DNA of 64,000 nt from Octopus sinensis. Taxonomy: Eukaryota. The position numbers and the translations under genes are program-made. Of this stretch, positions 38,665 to 52,052 are shown piece after piece. The stretch is from the NCBI RefSeq assembly GCF_006345805.1, contig NC_043015.1:33232001-33296000 (forward strand), written 5' to 3'. The notes under the pieces were generated by a model. The model was not told the DNA's origin and ran no database searches. It saw only the letters and a program-made list of their open reading frames with translations. Within the stretch, counting starts at the first letter, position 1. Every line of letters begins with the position of its first letter.

Positions 38665-38965
38665 AACTCCCTGCCGGAAACTGGTGCTCTGTCAGTTCAT
38701 GAAATTAACGTGCAAGTGGCTGAGCACTCCACAGACATGCATACCCTTAACATAGTTCTTGGGGAGATTCAGCATGACACACAGAATCTGACACGGTTGG
38801 CCCTTTTGAAAGACAGGTTCAATTAATTTTTTGCCAGCTGAGTGGACTAGAGCAATAAAGTGAAATAAAGCGTCTTGCTCAAGGACACAGTGTGCCGTTG
38901 GGAATTGAACTTATGACCCTACGATTGTAAGCTGATTACCCCTAACCACTAAACCACATGCCTTC
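38665..38965 (-). mobile_element. SINE sharing the family C head/core but with a different 3' module
   Basis: gccagctgagtggactagagc..gtcttgctcaagga..ctaaccactaaaccacatgcc, with distinct tail aattaacgtgcaagtggctgagcactccacagac. Confidence 0.7.
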
Positions 38966-39107
38966 ACTATATATGGACAATGGCATGATAGGTCATGAAG
39001 TGCATTTCACAAGTGCATGGCTTCAAGTATAGTCCTACTACATGGCACCTAGAACAGAACAATGGTTTAAAAATAAAAGTGGTTAGAATGAAACAGAGAA
39101 AGCCTTT

Positions 39108-39147
<40 letters not shown>

Positions 39148-39266
39148 ACATATATATACATACACACACACACCACACACACATATACATGTCATGTGAG
39201 TTAATATACGTGTGCGTGTTTAGGAATGTTATTTCCTTGTGTCCTCATTAACACAAATTGACCAGG

Positions 39267-40460
39267 CATGTGGTCCCGGGTTCAGTCCCACTGCCTCACA
39301 CCTTGGGCAAGTGTCTTCTGATCCTGATGTCTACAACTCTTTCCTGCAATCAGACCTAGACACAATGCAGCAATGGATCACAGACTGGCAACTGAAACTG
39401 GCTGTGGACAAGTGTACCACCATGCATTTTGGGAGAAAAAACCCTGCGTTCACATACTCCCTCCACAACACTGATATCAAGAAATCCTCTTGCGAGCGTG
39501 ACCTAGGCATCACTGTCAGCAGTGATTTGCGTTGGTCAAAGCATATCTCTAAGATTGTCAGGAAGGCCGAGGGTGTCTTGGCATCACTCAGCAGGTCTTT
39601 TGTTAGCCGCTCTCCAGCCATCTATTTAAAACTGTATACAGCTATGGTACGACCACACTTGGAATTCGCATCATCAGTTTGGAACCCCTATCTTGCACAG
39701 AACATTGACCTCCTGGAATCTGTCCAGAGACGTGCAACCAAACGCATACCCTCCATCAGACACCTACCATATTCTGAGCGCCTTGTTTCCCTTGGCATGG
39801 ATTCACTGAAGCTCCGGCGTTTGGCGACGGACTTGGTAAACACCCACAAAGTTATCAACCACCTCACCAACAACAACACTGAACACCTTTTTGATCTCCA
39901 TGTGTAACACACGTGGACATGCCTACAAAGTCAGAAAACAATACAGCTCCCATGACTTTCGGAAACATTTTTTCACGCTCAGAGTTGCTGAAGCATGGAA
40001 TAAACTGCCTGCGTCAGTTGTTGACTGCCATGACACTGCATCTTTTAAGGCCCTCATGCTTTCCGAAATCCGCCAAAACTTCACCTGATTATATATACAC
40101 TTTAGATGAGTTGTAGTGCACCTGAGCACTGTACACAATTATTATTATTATTATTATTATTATAGCCACAGGCCAACCAAATCCACTTGAGAGTGGATTT
40201 GGTAGATGGAAACTGAAAGAAGTGTATTGTGTATATATATGTGTGTGTGTGTGCACGCCTTTATCCCCCACCACTGCTTGGCAAGTGGTGTTGGGGTGTT
40301 TACATCCCTGTAACTGAGCAGGTAAGCAAAAGAGGGCAATAGAATAAGAACCAGGCCTTAAAATATAAGTATTGGGATCAATTTATTCAACTAAAAATTC
40401 TTCAAAGTGGTGCCGCAGCACGGCTGCCATCTAATGAGTGAAACAAGTAAAAAGATGGGG
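39267..40460 (+). mobile_element. SINE family A copy split by a CR1 LINE insertion (SINE parts about 39267-39319 and 40162-40460)
   Basis: SINE sequence stops at ..gcaagtgtcttct and resumes at atagcc.. after the LINE tail. Confidence 0.8.
39320..40163 (+). mobile_element. 5'-truncated CR1-clade LINE: RT C-terminal region with one frameshift near 39905, short 3' UTR, (ATT)n tail
   Basis: ORF motifs WQL..A..KC..MHFG, ERDLG, VRPHLEFA..VWNP, LE.VQRRATK; the second frame continues NTRGHAYK..FF..RV...WN.LP. Confidence 0.9.
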
Positions 40461-42011
40461 GAAAAAAAAGGAAAAAGATAAAGGTATGGACACTGTTTAC
40501 ACTCTCCAGTAAATAAAATTCCTGCAGGTTCAGTGATCCATTGGTTTGTAATGTGAGGGCCAGTGGAATGAAAATATCTCACTTTGAAAACCGGTCAGAG
40601 TCTCGGTAATAAGTTGAACTCACCAGTCATAGAAACCTGCCCCAGCAAATGTTGTGTAGCCCAAGGTAGCACGGAGAATGGATGTGAGGATGATGGATCT
40701 ATATGCATTCATGGAGTATTGCCATGGATTTGGGGGAAAGCTTTTGTAGTCACTCCAAATGCACAAGATCTCATTAAGAAGAATGGAAAGAGTAGAGAAA
40801 TGTGCTAGCAAGTTCCAACAAAAAAAAGAGGTGGTCTTCAGTCAGCTTTCACAAGATTTGCAATGTAAAGTGTAACTCTAAAACTCCATCTCTCTTGAAC
40901 ATCTCCAACATCACCAGTGAAGCAGCTAAAAGCAATAAAAGCCAGCTGTCATGTGATGATTTGGGGATTTGATGGATCTCTTTGTCTGTGCAATCTAGGG
41001 GGTCAAAGTCAAAGTCGGTCATTCATCAGCACACGCGTGTGCAGGTCAGGATAATTTCTGAAGAAGAAGGAGACTGGTGGTTTCCCATGGATAACCAGTC
41101 CCCCCCCCACTCCATGCTGCTGATGTTATCCAAGGAAAGGGCCACTGACTTGGGCCAATACAGCTGTGCACTGGTCAGCACAGATGTTACTATCAGGACA
41201 CAAAGGGCCAGAGTGGAAATTTGCAAAGCACTGTGCCCAATACACTAACAGATCCAAATGTAACAATCCAGTGTCCAAAGATTTATTAACCTCGAAAAGA
41301 TGATAGGCTGAGTGGTGGGATTTGAGCTTGGACTGTGAGGGATGGAGCAAATACCAGAAGGCATCCTAGCTAAAAAGAAAAAAAGGGTATAAATACAGCA
41401 AAAATGAAGGACAGAAGAGATTAGAGTTTCCTCCCTTGCATTAGAGTGGTTCACCTCCTTTGAAATGAATGTCAATAAATTTAGTAGGATTCTTGTGGTA
41501 TTGTGCATTTAAGGACTGACTCACTGATGCCCCGAGTCCCATGCAGTGGTGTTACCCTACAGAAAGATTTAATGTCAAAATGACATTGATCTCACCCATC
41601 AAAACAAATTAAAAGCCTTTATTTTGCTTCATAATCAGTGTTGATGACATGATTTGTATTCCGTAACTTCTCAAACAGATAATCAATAAGGATGCGGGAC
41701 TTCTTTTTGGGTGGGGTTTGGGGGAAATATAAAAGTAGGAATGCATCCTTTAAGAGGGGAAAAAAAATTGCATCTCTACCTTCAAAAGGTGAATCAATTT
41801 CTGGTCAATTGCTCTGGACAAGTCTTGTAACAAGGTTTTTAAAAAAAAGTAAACAAAAAAAAAAAAACTATACAAAAGTACTTCAATGCTTGAAGATTTG
41901 TGAGAGACAACTCCAGAATCTGCTTTTGAATATGTTCCTTTTAACCAACAGATTTTACAGTAAGGTTAGGTTCAACTTGAAGCACAAGATTTCGATGTGT
42001 GGGTAAATATA

Positions 42012-42211
42012 CAATAATCCCTCGCCATTCTGCAGTTTATTATTTAAGTTTATGTCGATTCCTCCATGGTATTGTTTTGCATTTGTAATAAAATAAGTAT
42101 ATACAAATTATAAAGAAAAATAGACAGTACAGTATTGTTTCTACTTCGTGGATTTTCGACTATTGTGGAAGTTTCTGGAATGTAACACCCGCAATAGTCG
42201 GGGAATTACTG
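42012..42211. mobile_element. pogo/Tigger-like MITE
   Basis: TA|caataatccctcg ... tcggggaattactg terminal inverted repeats, about 200 bp. Confidence 0.6.
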
Positions 42212-42226
42212 TGTGTATGTATGTAT

Positions 42227-42419
42227 GGTGTATCAAGAAGTACTGTCTTGAAAGTAATGACAGCCTTTGAGAAAGAGGGAAAAACCTCCTCGTCGAAACA
42301 GAACTCTAGAAGTAAACCAAAACTTTCAGATAGGGAATTGTTAGACTCCCATACGAATTGGTAGAAAGGATCACAAAACTACAGCTCCCACAATTACTGC
42401 AGAGCTTAATGACCACCTC
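42227..42419 (+). mobile_element. Tc1 transposase N-terminal (HTH) fragment
   Basis: GVSRSTVLKVMTAFEKEGKTSSSKQNSRSKPKLSDR...RKDHKTTAPTITAELNDHL, with an apparent frameshift near 42345. Confidence 0.75.
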
Positions 42420-42433
42420 CCTTCTTTCCTTAC

Positions 42434-42536
42434 CTGACATAAAGAGTTCGTTTCTGTGTTGTTCGTAAACTGCCAGTACTTGTGTTCATGATTTGTTCCC
42501 GTAAATCTTGAATTTTTGTTTCAAACCGATTGTATT
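42434..42536 (-). CDS. dlg1: Dlg exon: PDZ3-SH3 linker ([35 protein letters not shown]), 103 nt, phase 1-2
   Basis: Matches the Dlg linker EY.RFE.KI.DLREQ.MN...GSLRT.QKR.LYVR; tttttgcag| acceptor, AG|GTAAGG donor; phases fit both neighbours. Confidence 0.95.
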
Positions 42537-43229
42537 CTGCAAAAACAATGGAAAGAATGAGTTGACATGAACAAACAGTGAACGTTACAATAAACACATC
42601 TCAAATAATTGCATGTTTAGTGAACACAAAAGCTAGGACAATGATATAAAGTGTTGCTGTTATTGTCATCACTGTGGTATTGCTGAAAACCAGGTCTTTG
42701 GATACAATTGTGTCTTAATTCTCTTAGAGGATTACCTTTAACAGAAGAAAAGCTTGAGAAGGTGAATGGAGGGGGGAGGGGTTCGTTCTCCCATATTAGG
42801 AAGAAGACAATACAAGTGAGAAGAGTCAATTGTCACAAACAAATGTAATAAGATACTATCAGCCGACAATATAAAATCAGCAATTGAACCTACACTTTGG
42901 GAGTTAAGTACAAAATTGCACATTTAAAAGAAACATAATTATGCCAGTGGAATGCGATATGGCTGCTAATTCTAGCATGTTAAGTGTCCCTTGTGAATCA
43001 AGCAGTAGCGGAGAGAGGAGGATGAAATATTCCCAAGTCTGTCATCACTGAATTATGATGACAATGGCCCATGAGAGAGAGGTGTGTGCATGCACACACA
43101 CACACACAGAGTGGTTTCCTGATGTGTTCAAAATGACTCAGAATAAGGTCCACTGGTCAGCAGAGTTTTGCAAATTGACCATTTCTATCCATTGAAACAG
43201 ACTTTCATAATTCATTATAAAAACATTAA

Positions 43230-43445
43230 CCCTTTAGCATTCAGATTTCTTTGTCAAATGGAATTCTTATTCATTCACATTGTTTTGAATCGATCATGCA
43301 ATATCTCATAGCTTTGAGATTTCAATGGTGTGTTTGTATATTTTTAGAATGACATTGTAGGATAGGTACAAGAGGTTGGATCTGGCCAGTTTTAACATAA
43401 AACAGAATATTTGAGCTGGATATGGCTGGATTAAATGCTAAAGAG
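43230..43445. mobile_element. piggyBac-like MITE with both ends
   Basis: ttaa|ccctttagcatt ... aatgctaaagag|tt. Confidence 0.75.
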
Positions 43446-46400
43446 TTCAACAATGGGATCAGTTCAAAACAGACTTTCTGTTCCTGCAAATCACTGTCCT
43501 TAACATCATTAACAACAAGTTCTTAATTTTGATGGCTTTTACATGTTGGAATGCTGGGTTTCATTTGAGCCATTTTCACCTGGCACATAAAGACGCATTT
43601 TCTTTGGAATTTGTCTCATAGTTGGCCAACATTATGTTAGACTTCTACTACAGGGCTAACACAACCGAAGCCTTATGAGTGGATTTGGTAGATAGAAACT
43701 AACAGAAGCGTGTGTGTATGTATGTAACTGTCTTCCTTTGCTTCACGTGATAGTTACAGAAGATTGTTATTGTCATGCAAGCTGTGTCCTTCACTTCCAT
43801 TCTCCTATGAAACATGCCTGGTCATGGGAAACATCACCTTACTTGGAAACAGGAAGGGCATCCAGCCTCAACAAACTCTGTCTGACCCATGCAAGCAGGT
43901 AAAGAATGGATGTTAAATAATGATGATGACACACACACACACATACATACACATCACTAGAAATGTTAGTTACTGCCGTTAATGTCAATTCTGTGGTCAC
44001 ATAGTTTTGGAAAAAACAAAAACAAAATATAACCATAGGTTAGAGGATCACTACACTGAACATTTATCTGACTTCAGCCTAAACAACATCACATCATCAG
44101 TAGAGGACCACTTCAAGTCAGTAGTAAGCTGCACATGGTTTTCCCCATCCCTCAGTTTTTCCGTTTCTTACTATCAAAAAGAACACTGCCTCATCTTCTG
44201 TCTTGGCTGCTCTGTCCCTATGGGAACGAATAGTGTGATCATGACAACATACCTGCTCGTTACCACACTGCACTCCATTCCCGCACACTCACCCTACCAT
44301 AGCAAACCACACACACTCCTCGACACATCGGTGCATTTATACAGACTGACCATAACACAAACACCAGAACAACTACTCACAACAAGTGTGAGATACATAA
44401 ACCTCACCTTAAAACTACAAACACATCACCAACCTACACACCTGCACACATTTGTGGTTAGTTCATCCTGAACGGACATGGGGTCAACAACTTATTTCTG
44501 ATGGTTTTGGCCTGCAGTGAGTACACACAATTACATACTACTATGATTCAACAAACCTAGTCACACACACACACACACATACACATGCATCTAACTCAGC
44601 ACTGGGGGGGGGGGGCAAGGAATTAGGTGAATAGCCAAGAGATCAGACAGAAAAAGAAAAGAAACAAATGTTCAAAGAAATCAGAAAAGCAAGAAATAAT
44701 GAAATAAAGTTGTCATTGTAAGAATAAGTTTCAAAAGCTTTATCTTTGTGCGATGGTCGTGGTATGGATTGGATGTGGTGGCAGCGGTAATGTTAAAAGT
44801 AAATCAAACATTCAATGACAGTCACCTAATCATTGTTACTTGTATTTTAGCATATAATAATAGTATTACTTGGCATTGACAATTATTTAATTGGGAAGCA
44901 ATTACAACTGACTGATGAAGCAATAAAAACACTGAAACTCAGAGATACGGCTGTTTCTGGTCATGGAGATAAAAACAAAACAGGTTTTAACCACGGTTTA
45001 GACTTTCCATGGGGAGGATAAAAATTAATTTTGACTTAAATTACATGCTTGTAAGTTTATCTTACATCTGTATGAATATACATGTGTGTGAGAGAGAGAG
45101 AGAGAATAATATTACATACCTGACTAGTGTAAGTGAAATATTGACACTGTCACAGTAAATGTGTCATGCCATGAAAGTATTGTGTGACAGTACGTTAACA
45201 AGAACAACAACACCACCAACAAGGTAGTGATTTTGTTTCACGTCAGGGGCTGGACACAGGTAAATGAAGCACAGTTGGCGGCATTGATGATAATGCTGAT
45301 GACATGTTAGAAAGGTGTCACAGATATATACAGCTTAGCTGATCCTTAAAGAATGGGACACCTATGAGATGTTGTGGCATTCATTTGGTAAATGAGTGAT
45401 ACAGAAATCTGAGAAAAGTTGACTCTTTTATAAACATGCAGATTGGTCTATCGGCTAGTAGAACTAGTTCCTATGATGTGAAAACAGTGGATTGTAGGAG
45501 TACTGTACATAACACCAGTTTCTACCGTATGATAGAGGAGGGCCTATATACCAGTGCAACACCAGTTTCAATAAATAATATTAAGGAGACAAAAAGTAAA
45601 TTGTTCCTACGGTAAGAATGTTCAGGTACCTTCATTCTTCTGAAAAGTATCTTCAAGCACTCGTCTATCTTGGCTGACGTCATTTAGCACCAAGTGAACC
45701 TCAGCTGATCAAGCAGACCACAACGAATGCTATTCCAGCCATGACTGTCTTGTCTTTTTAAGGATGTCTAGGAATAAATTCTTCAATGTATCTTCAAGAC
45801 AACAGGGTGGGATTTGAGTGTGAATTTGCTGCTATTTCTAGCAAGTTAAGCTTGTGAGTTTTGGAAACTAGGAGAAAATTAGGTGTGGTAGACATGACAT
45901 AACAACAAAACTGATGTTATGTAAAAAAACAAGGTCATGAGGTCACAGCGATATATGTTACATGTACACACACACACATTGTGTGGGGTTACCTGCCAAG
46001 AGGTATGTAAAGTAATGTATTAGTAACTGTATTAGTAAAAGGGTAGGTGGCGCTCAAAATACATGGCACTGGGAGTGGTTTACAGTCAAGATAGTTATGA
46101 TGATAATTATAGGGTATAACAATAGAAGGGATGGAAAATGGGGAGACAGGGACCCTACTGTGGAAACCAAGACAGTGTGTTTATAGTGAGAAATGTAGTG
46201 GGAGCTAGGGAGATATACATTTAGTGGGAAGTAAGAATACAGAGTGTTATTTATGTGAAGAATATAACAATAGAGAAAAGTAGATGATGGAATAGGATAA
46301 TGTCTCCTGAATTTAAAAATCCATTAAAATCCAAAGTTTAGCTGCAAAGTCATCAATATACTTTTACAGCTGTTAAAATATTCATTAAGATATTTTAGTA

Positions 46401-47245
46401 AATATGGAAAATCCAGACTATAAGGAAACTGGTGGTGGTAATAATTAATCAGTGTTGGTAATGATTAATCCACATAAGAATTATTAGTTAGACAAACCTT
46501 TCAATAGATTCATCAATGTTACCTCAGATGGATTCAGTAGAAATAGTCACAACTGGTTGAAGCGATAGAATAAGGAAAAATGTTGGTTGTAATACTGTAT
46601 GTTTGGAATAGCACAGAGATGAAGTAACTTAACACTACAGGATGTGGTAGGAACAGGACCTTTTTTTTTTTAATTGATAGTGTGGAGTTTAGAGTCCTGC
46701 TATTAAGTGTCCCTTGGAATAGGAGTGATGGGGGCTTTACTGGCTTGTGTGACTTCATTTAAACCAGCCACTCTTAACCTGATTTAATGGGTGGAGATGG
46801 GTGTGAGCATTACTATTTTTCTTAGTAAGCTTTCACTGGAATTTGTGGCTCCACTCAACAACAACAACAGACATTGACATCAAAGTTATTTATGACCTCT
46901 AGATTATAAAAAATACTCGTTAAGGCCAGCAATTGTTATCTAAAATTATGTTGCCCTGAAAAACAGAAGCTTAATGCACGTGCTTAAATATATTTCTTAG
47001 AAAGAATGTCACTTCATAGATTTCAGCAAACTCTCACACAGTTCCTTCCATAATAAAACGAGGGTTAAGGATCTGAGATCTTGTTAGACTATGCAAAGGC
47101 AATGATCCTCCAGGAGGGGGCTTTGCAATAAACTTTGGCATGGCCACACCGTTTATATATACACACACACACACACATGCTTTGTATTTTGGGAGACTTT
47201 TTTTCACAAGATAACCACATGCATGATATATTTCTTCTCTAATCC

Positions 47246-47477
47246 TTTATTACTGTTCTTATTCTAACTCATGTCCATTGCCTGGAAATCTTTCATCACA
47301 CATCTGTGACCCTCTCAGCGATACTTTCTGTCTTCACTTGTGCTCTTGCTCTGCTTAACAGAATGGAATAAGCAGCGCAAGAGCAAACACAAAGACGGAA
47401 AGTGTTGCTGAAGAGGTCACAGATGTGTGATGAAAGATTTCAGGACAATAGACACGAGTTATAAGAACAGTAATAAA
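47246..47477. mobile_element. Foldback / palindromic MITE-like element
   Basis: Arms about 47246-47357 and 47369-47477 are imperfect reverse complements around an 11-nt loop. Confidence 0.75.
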
Positions 47478-49617
47478 CAAGTGAAGAACGAATATACAGT
47501 GTGTGTGTGTTTATTTGGCAAAAAAGAAAGAAAAAAGACCATCCTGAAATACAACAACATCAGTTTCAGCACAACTTCACTTTAGGAATCTAGCATCACA
47601 GATTCATAAACACACACGCATGCATAAATACATTGATATGTATATGTGTATATATATATATATATATAGACATATACACACACACATATCCACATATGTA
47701 TATATGGACACACACACAAAGAAACAGCAACATCACTGAGAAACCTAGCTTCCAATATTGGCTTCATAAGATTCCATCAAAAGCAGAAACTACATTACAT
47801 GATGTAATAACAGACTTGACTTGGTGTAATGGAAGGAGAAGAAGAGATGTGAAGTCAATGTTCATTCCTAGACAAACTCTCTTTCTTGTTTGCAATAGGA
47901 ACCTAACATCGGTGAAGCAGGGTGAATGTCCTATTGAAGCGGTCCTGTCGTACAGTGAGATATATTTTGGTTAGCTAGTTCTCTGAGACAATATAGAGAT
48001 CAGTTGCAGAACTCCCTGGTGTTTATATGCCAAAACCAAACAGAGCATAGAATTTTAAACGAAATCAAATCAATAAACAAACTTCGTTTGGCAGTTAATT
48101 GTCAAATAATTCCATTAATGGTAAGAAGTAAAAATAGGAATTCTAACTTGTGTCACATTACTTACATCTGTTATAGTGCAACTGGGTACCACAAATGCAA
48201 CTGATTGTGTCATTCAAACCCGTGTTAAAACCCTTTACAACAGCATCACCACAACTTTGTGTTTGTGTCACTCGAATGCCGAGGTGGTAGAATTCACCCT
48301 ACTCTATTAGTCAGAGCTAATGTATTTTGATTCCAGGAACCAGATAACTTGAAGCTAGGACAATGATCTAGAATGAAGAGTTTGGTCCCCATCAAACAAA
48401 TATTTGGTAATTAGGGATTCTACTAATTATGATGGGGGAAAATGAACAGAAAATGAATTTACGAACAGTTGATGTGAAAGATTAGTGAGGTAAACGAAGG
48501 AGGACATCAAAGAGAGAATTAATAGAACTAACAATATTGCCTTGTTTAATTAATGTTCGACAAATTATACAAATTATGAAGCAAAGTTCACAACAGTAAA
48601 GCTAACTAAATGAAACAGAAGTAATTTCGTAAATTGAAAAGCTGCAGCAAAATGTCAGAGAAAGGAAGGAAAGAATTTGAGGATTCTTTTCTTTCTTTTT
48701 TGATAGCATCACTTGGCCAATTGTTTTGGAATTTCAAATGTCTTGAAACCATCTTAACAGATAATGCAGAGCGATACCACATCACTAGACATACACCAAC
48801 ACAAACACAGAATCACAAATCATGGCGTACACACACCAACATTTACACAGACATGCAGATAACCGCATACATGCAACTACACCCACACAAAACCACTCAA
48901 ATGCAAAATTATACATAGAAACAAAACTATACAGACACACATCATAAACATACTCGTACACATACATATGCAAGAAGCATTCAAACATTATACACACACA
49001 CAAGCACAAAAGTGAACATACATGCAAAAAATATAGAAGGGAAAAACCAGAAAGAGAAACTACATCAGTTTATTTTTTCTTCTTTCATTGAGCTAATTAA
49101 TAAATGAGGAGTGAGTGAAGCGAGGTAGAATATTCCTGGAGCAGAAATAGAGTAGATGTTGCTATGTTGTTGTTATTGTTGTTGTTGTTGTGACACTTGC
49201 CTCAAACAATGGACTATGTTCATTAACAAGACATTTAAAACACTACATTAATAATGATGATTTCGACTCTGACTTTAAATAATGATAAATAATAATACTG
49301 ACGTTCTTAAAAATTGATTTTGAACATTTTTCAGAAATGCCATTAGAATCTACGTCGTTTTGAAGGAGTTGAAGGGGGGGGGGGGGGGAAGAAGGGGGAA
49401 GAGGTGAATAGAAATAAAGAGTAAAGAGGAAAATTTTAAATGAAAGATAGTTTTACTGATGATGATAAAAGTATAAAGTTTCAAAAACAAAACACGAAAT
49501 TGCACACACACACACACACAACACAACAATAACAACCAAGAACTGATTTACAAATATAAGAATTTGTTTTATGAACTGAATTTCAAACTTCAACTGATGG
49601 AAATGGGTAAGATGACT

Positions 49618-49618
<1 letters not shown>

Positions 49619-49663
<45 letters not shown>
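49619..49663. repeat. (GT)n microsatellite, representative of dozens of (CA/GT)n, (GA)n, (AT)n, (ATG)n and (CCA)n tracts in the window
   Basis: Direct reading; other examples at 3651-3686 (GA), 5108-5137 (CA), 28835-28895 (GT/GA) and 50980-51007 (CCA). Confidence 0.95.
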
Positions 49664-49665
<2 letters not shown>

Positions 49666-51721
49666 ATTATTATTAACATCATATATAGTTGAACTTTTAA
49701 CCTATATATAGACATGTGTTAAAAGTTGAACTAATTGCACTAGAGAGCACAACTGGCCTCTATGTATGTAATTAAAAGTTCACTTTAAATCCACAGAATT
49801 TTGGTGATTGATTCCATTGCAACAAGTGTGACCTAACCAAAGTTCTTGCAAAGATGTTATACAATTTAGAGAATGCAAATTTTGCCAGCACTATTTGTCT
49901 TTTGATTGAAGCCCTGACAAAGCTGCAAGTTGTCACTCAGTCACTCAACTATGGATCTGACTGCATCTTATAGCAGAAATAACTGTAAGCTAATGAAGTT
50001 AATAAGGTAATAATTTTTTCCTTTGTCATCTCATTCTCTCATATTTTCTTTTATGCTTTGCTGATGCATATTGGCAACATGAAAGAAGTAGAAATGTACC
50101 TGTGCAGGTGTTGTTATTGGTGTAATGACCCTCCCAAGACACAACAAAATTTGTTTCAACCCACTAATTCACATTGAGAATCTTGCAAACCAAATACAAA
50201 ACCAATATAGTTATTTGCCGTTGTCCAGTGAACCCTTCTGCTGGTGAAAGTGTCAAGAGATTGTCTGGCCAACTTGGTGCAGAGCAAACACTCCAAAGGT
50301 CAAAAGCACTGTTTCTTTCTTCAGCAAGAGCTACGCATACATATATGCTTGTTGTACTCTTTTTGATTTGTCCAAAGCTACATTATCCACTATATCCTTC
50401 TGAGAAAGATTTGGCTGCTGTTTCTAGTAGGTGGAATAACTCTGTAGAGGCTTTCTTGTTGTGGACCTCTTCTTTCTGACCGGTGGGGAACTGTACTTCT
50501 CCATGGTACCTATCTACAGTTATCTGAAAAATTGGTCTTTTAGTCTTTTATTTGGAATACAGCAGCCCATTGTAGCCAACCAAACAACCAACCAACTGCA
50601 AAACAACTGAGTTAACAAGTGCAATTCTGTATTGACTAGTGACTAATTGTATTGTAGGTTCCATTGTAGTCTGACTTGGTCTCTCTCTCTCTCTCCCTCT
50701 CCCTTGCTCCTGTGTTGTAGTAGCTTTCATTCTTCAACCCTTGCTGTCTACATATTTTATTAACTATTTACACTGAATCAACCAATTTAACTAAATGGCA
50801 TTTGAAACATTATCCCCCCCCCCGCTGCCCTGCCCCTTTTGTTTTCTCTGTTCCTCCTCTCTCACAGTTTCTGTTTTCTCTCTTTCTCTCTCCTCCTCCT
50901 CCATCAATTGTGCAGCTTTTTACTTCTCCACCTGTCCAGCACCACTTTCCCTGTCCACCTTCCTCCTTTTGCCGCAACCACCACCACCACCACCACCACC
51001 ACCACCATAAAACACCTCTGCAGTTACAGGCTGCAGCAGGACGTGGGGTTATGGTGCTTGCTGTATCTGTCTATCTTTAGAATTCATTGATCCATCCTCT
51101 ATAGACAACCAGCTGTGATTCAGCTGGGCTTTTACTCTATCTTCAGACATGGATGACTGCTCCACTCCAGGTGAACACCATCTCCACCCATTCTGTGCAC
51201 TCACCTGCGCACACACACACACGCACACACACACACACAGAGCTTCAGACATATCCACAGACGAACACATATCTACACAGTGTACATCTGTCACATGTCT
51301 TTACTTTCAGATGCTCTCCCCCTCTCTCTCTCCAACACATGCACACTCACTCACTCACTCACTCCCTCACACCTCACTCCTCTTCTGTGAGGCTACATCT
51401 CGTATATCATCCAGAAGTCACCATTATCCAATATATTTCTCCGCCATGTTTGGACAACCACTATCTCCACAACACTTAGAGACACCATCGCTGCTCCAAC
51501 CACAAACATATAAAAGGCCACTGCAGCCATTACCACCACAACCACCACCACCACCACCACCACAACCACTATTACAATCTCCTTAATATCCAATTTTTCT
51601 GGTTATTATTTGATTAATATTCCAATTTCGGTTGTTATTCTGTTGAGTATTCACACGGCTGGTGTTAGTGTGTATATTCATACAACTGTTTTGAATATCT
51701 GTGTATATGTTTGTGTGTGTA

Positions 51722-52052
51722 TATATCCTGGCTGTGTGGTAAGTAGCTTGCTTACCAATCACATGGTTCCGGGTTCAGTCCCACTGTGTGGCACCTTGGA
51801 AGAGTGGATTTGGTAGGCGGAAACTGAAAGAAGCCTGTTATATATATGTATATGTTTGTTCCCCCCACCCCAACATTGCTTGACAACCAATGCCGATGTA
51901 TTTACACCCCCATAACTTAGCAGTTCAGCAAAAGAGACCAATAGAATAAGTACAAGGCTTACAAAGAATAAGTCCTGGGGTTGATTTGCTTGACTAAATG
52001 TGGTACTCCAGCATGGCCACAGTCAAATGACAAACAAATAAAAGAATAAAAG
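51722..52052 (+). mobile_element. SINE family A copy with internal deletion
   Basis: Head ggctgtgtggtaagtagcttgc; jumps from ggcaccttgg to gagtggatttgg; tail aaaagaataaaag. Confidence 0.8.

Noticed and set aside
45120-45146. 27-nt candidate exon with strong CAG|GTATGT donor
   Set aside because: In-frame TAG in the required phase-1 frame and a poor pyrimidine tract; kept only as a remote poison-exon possibility.
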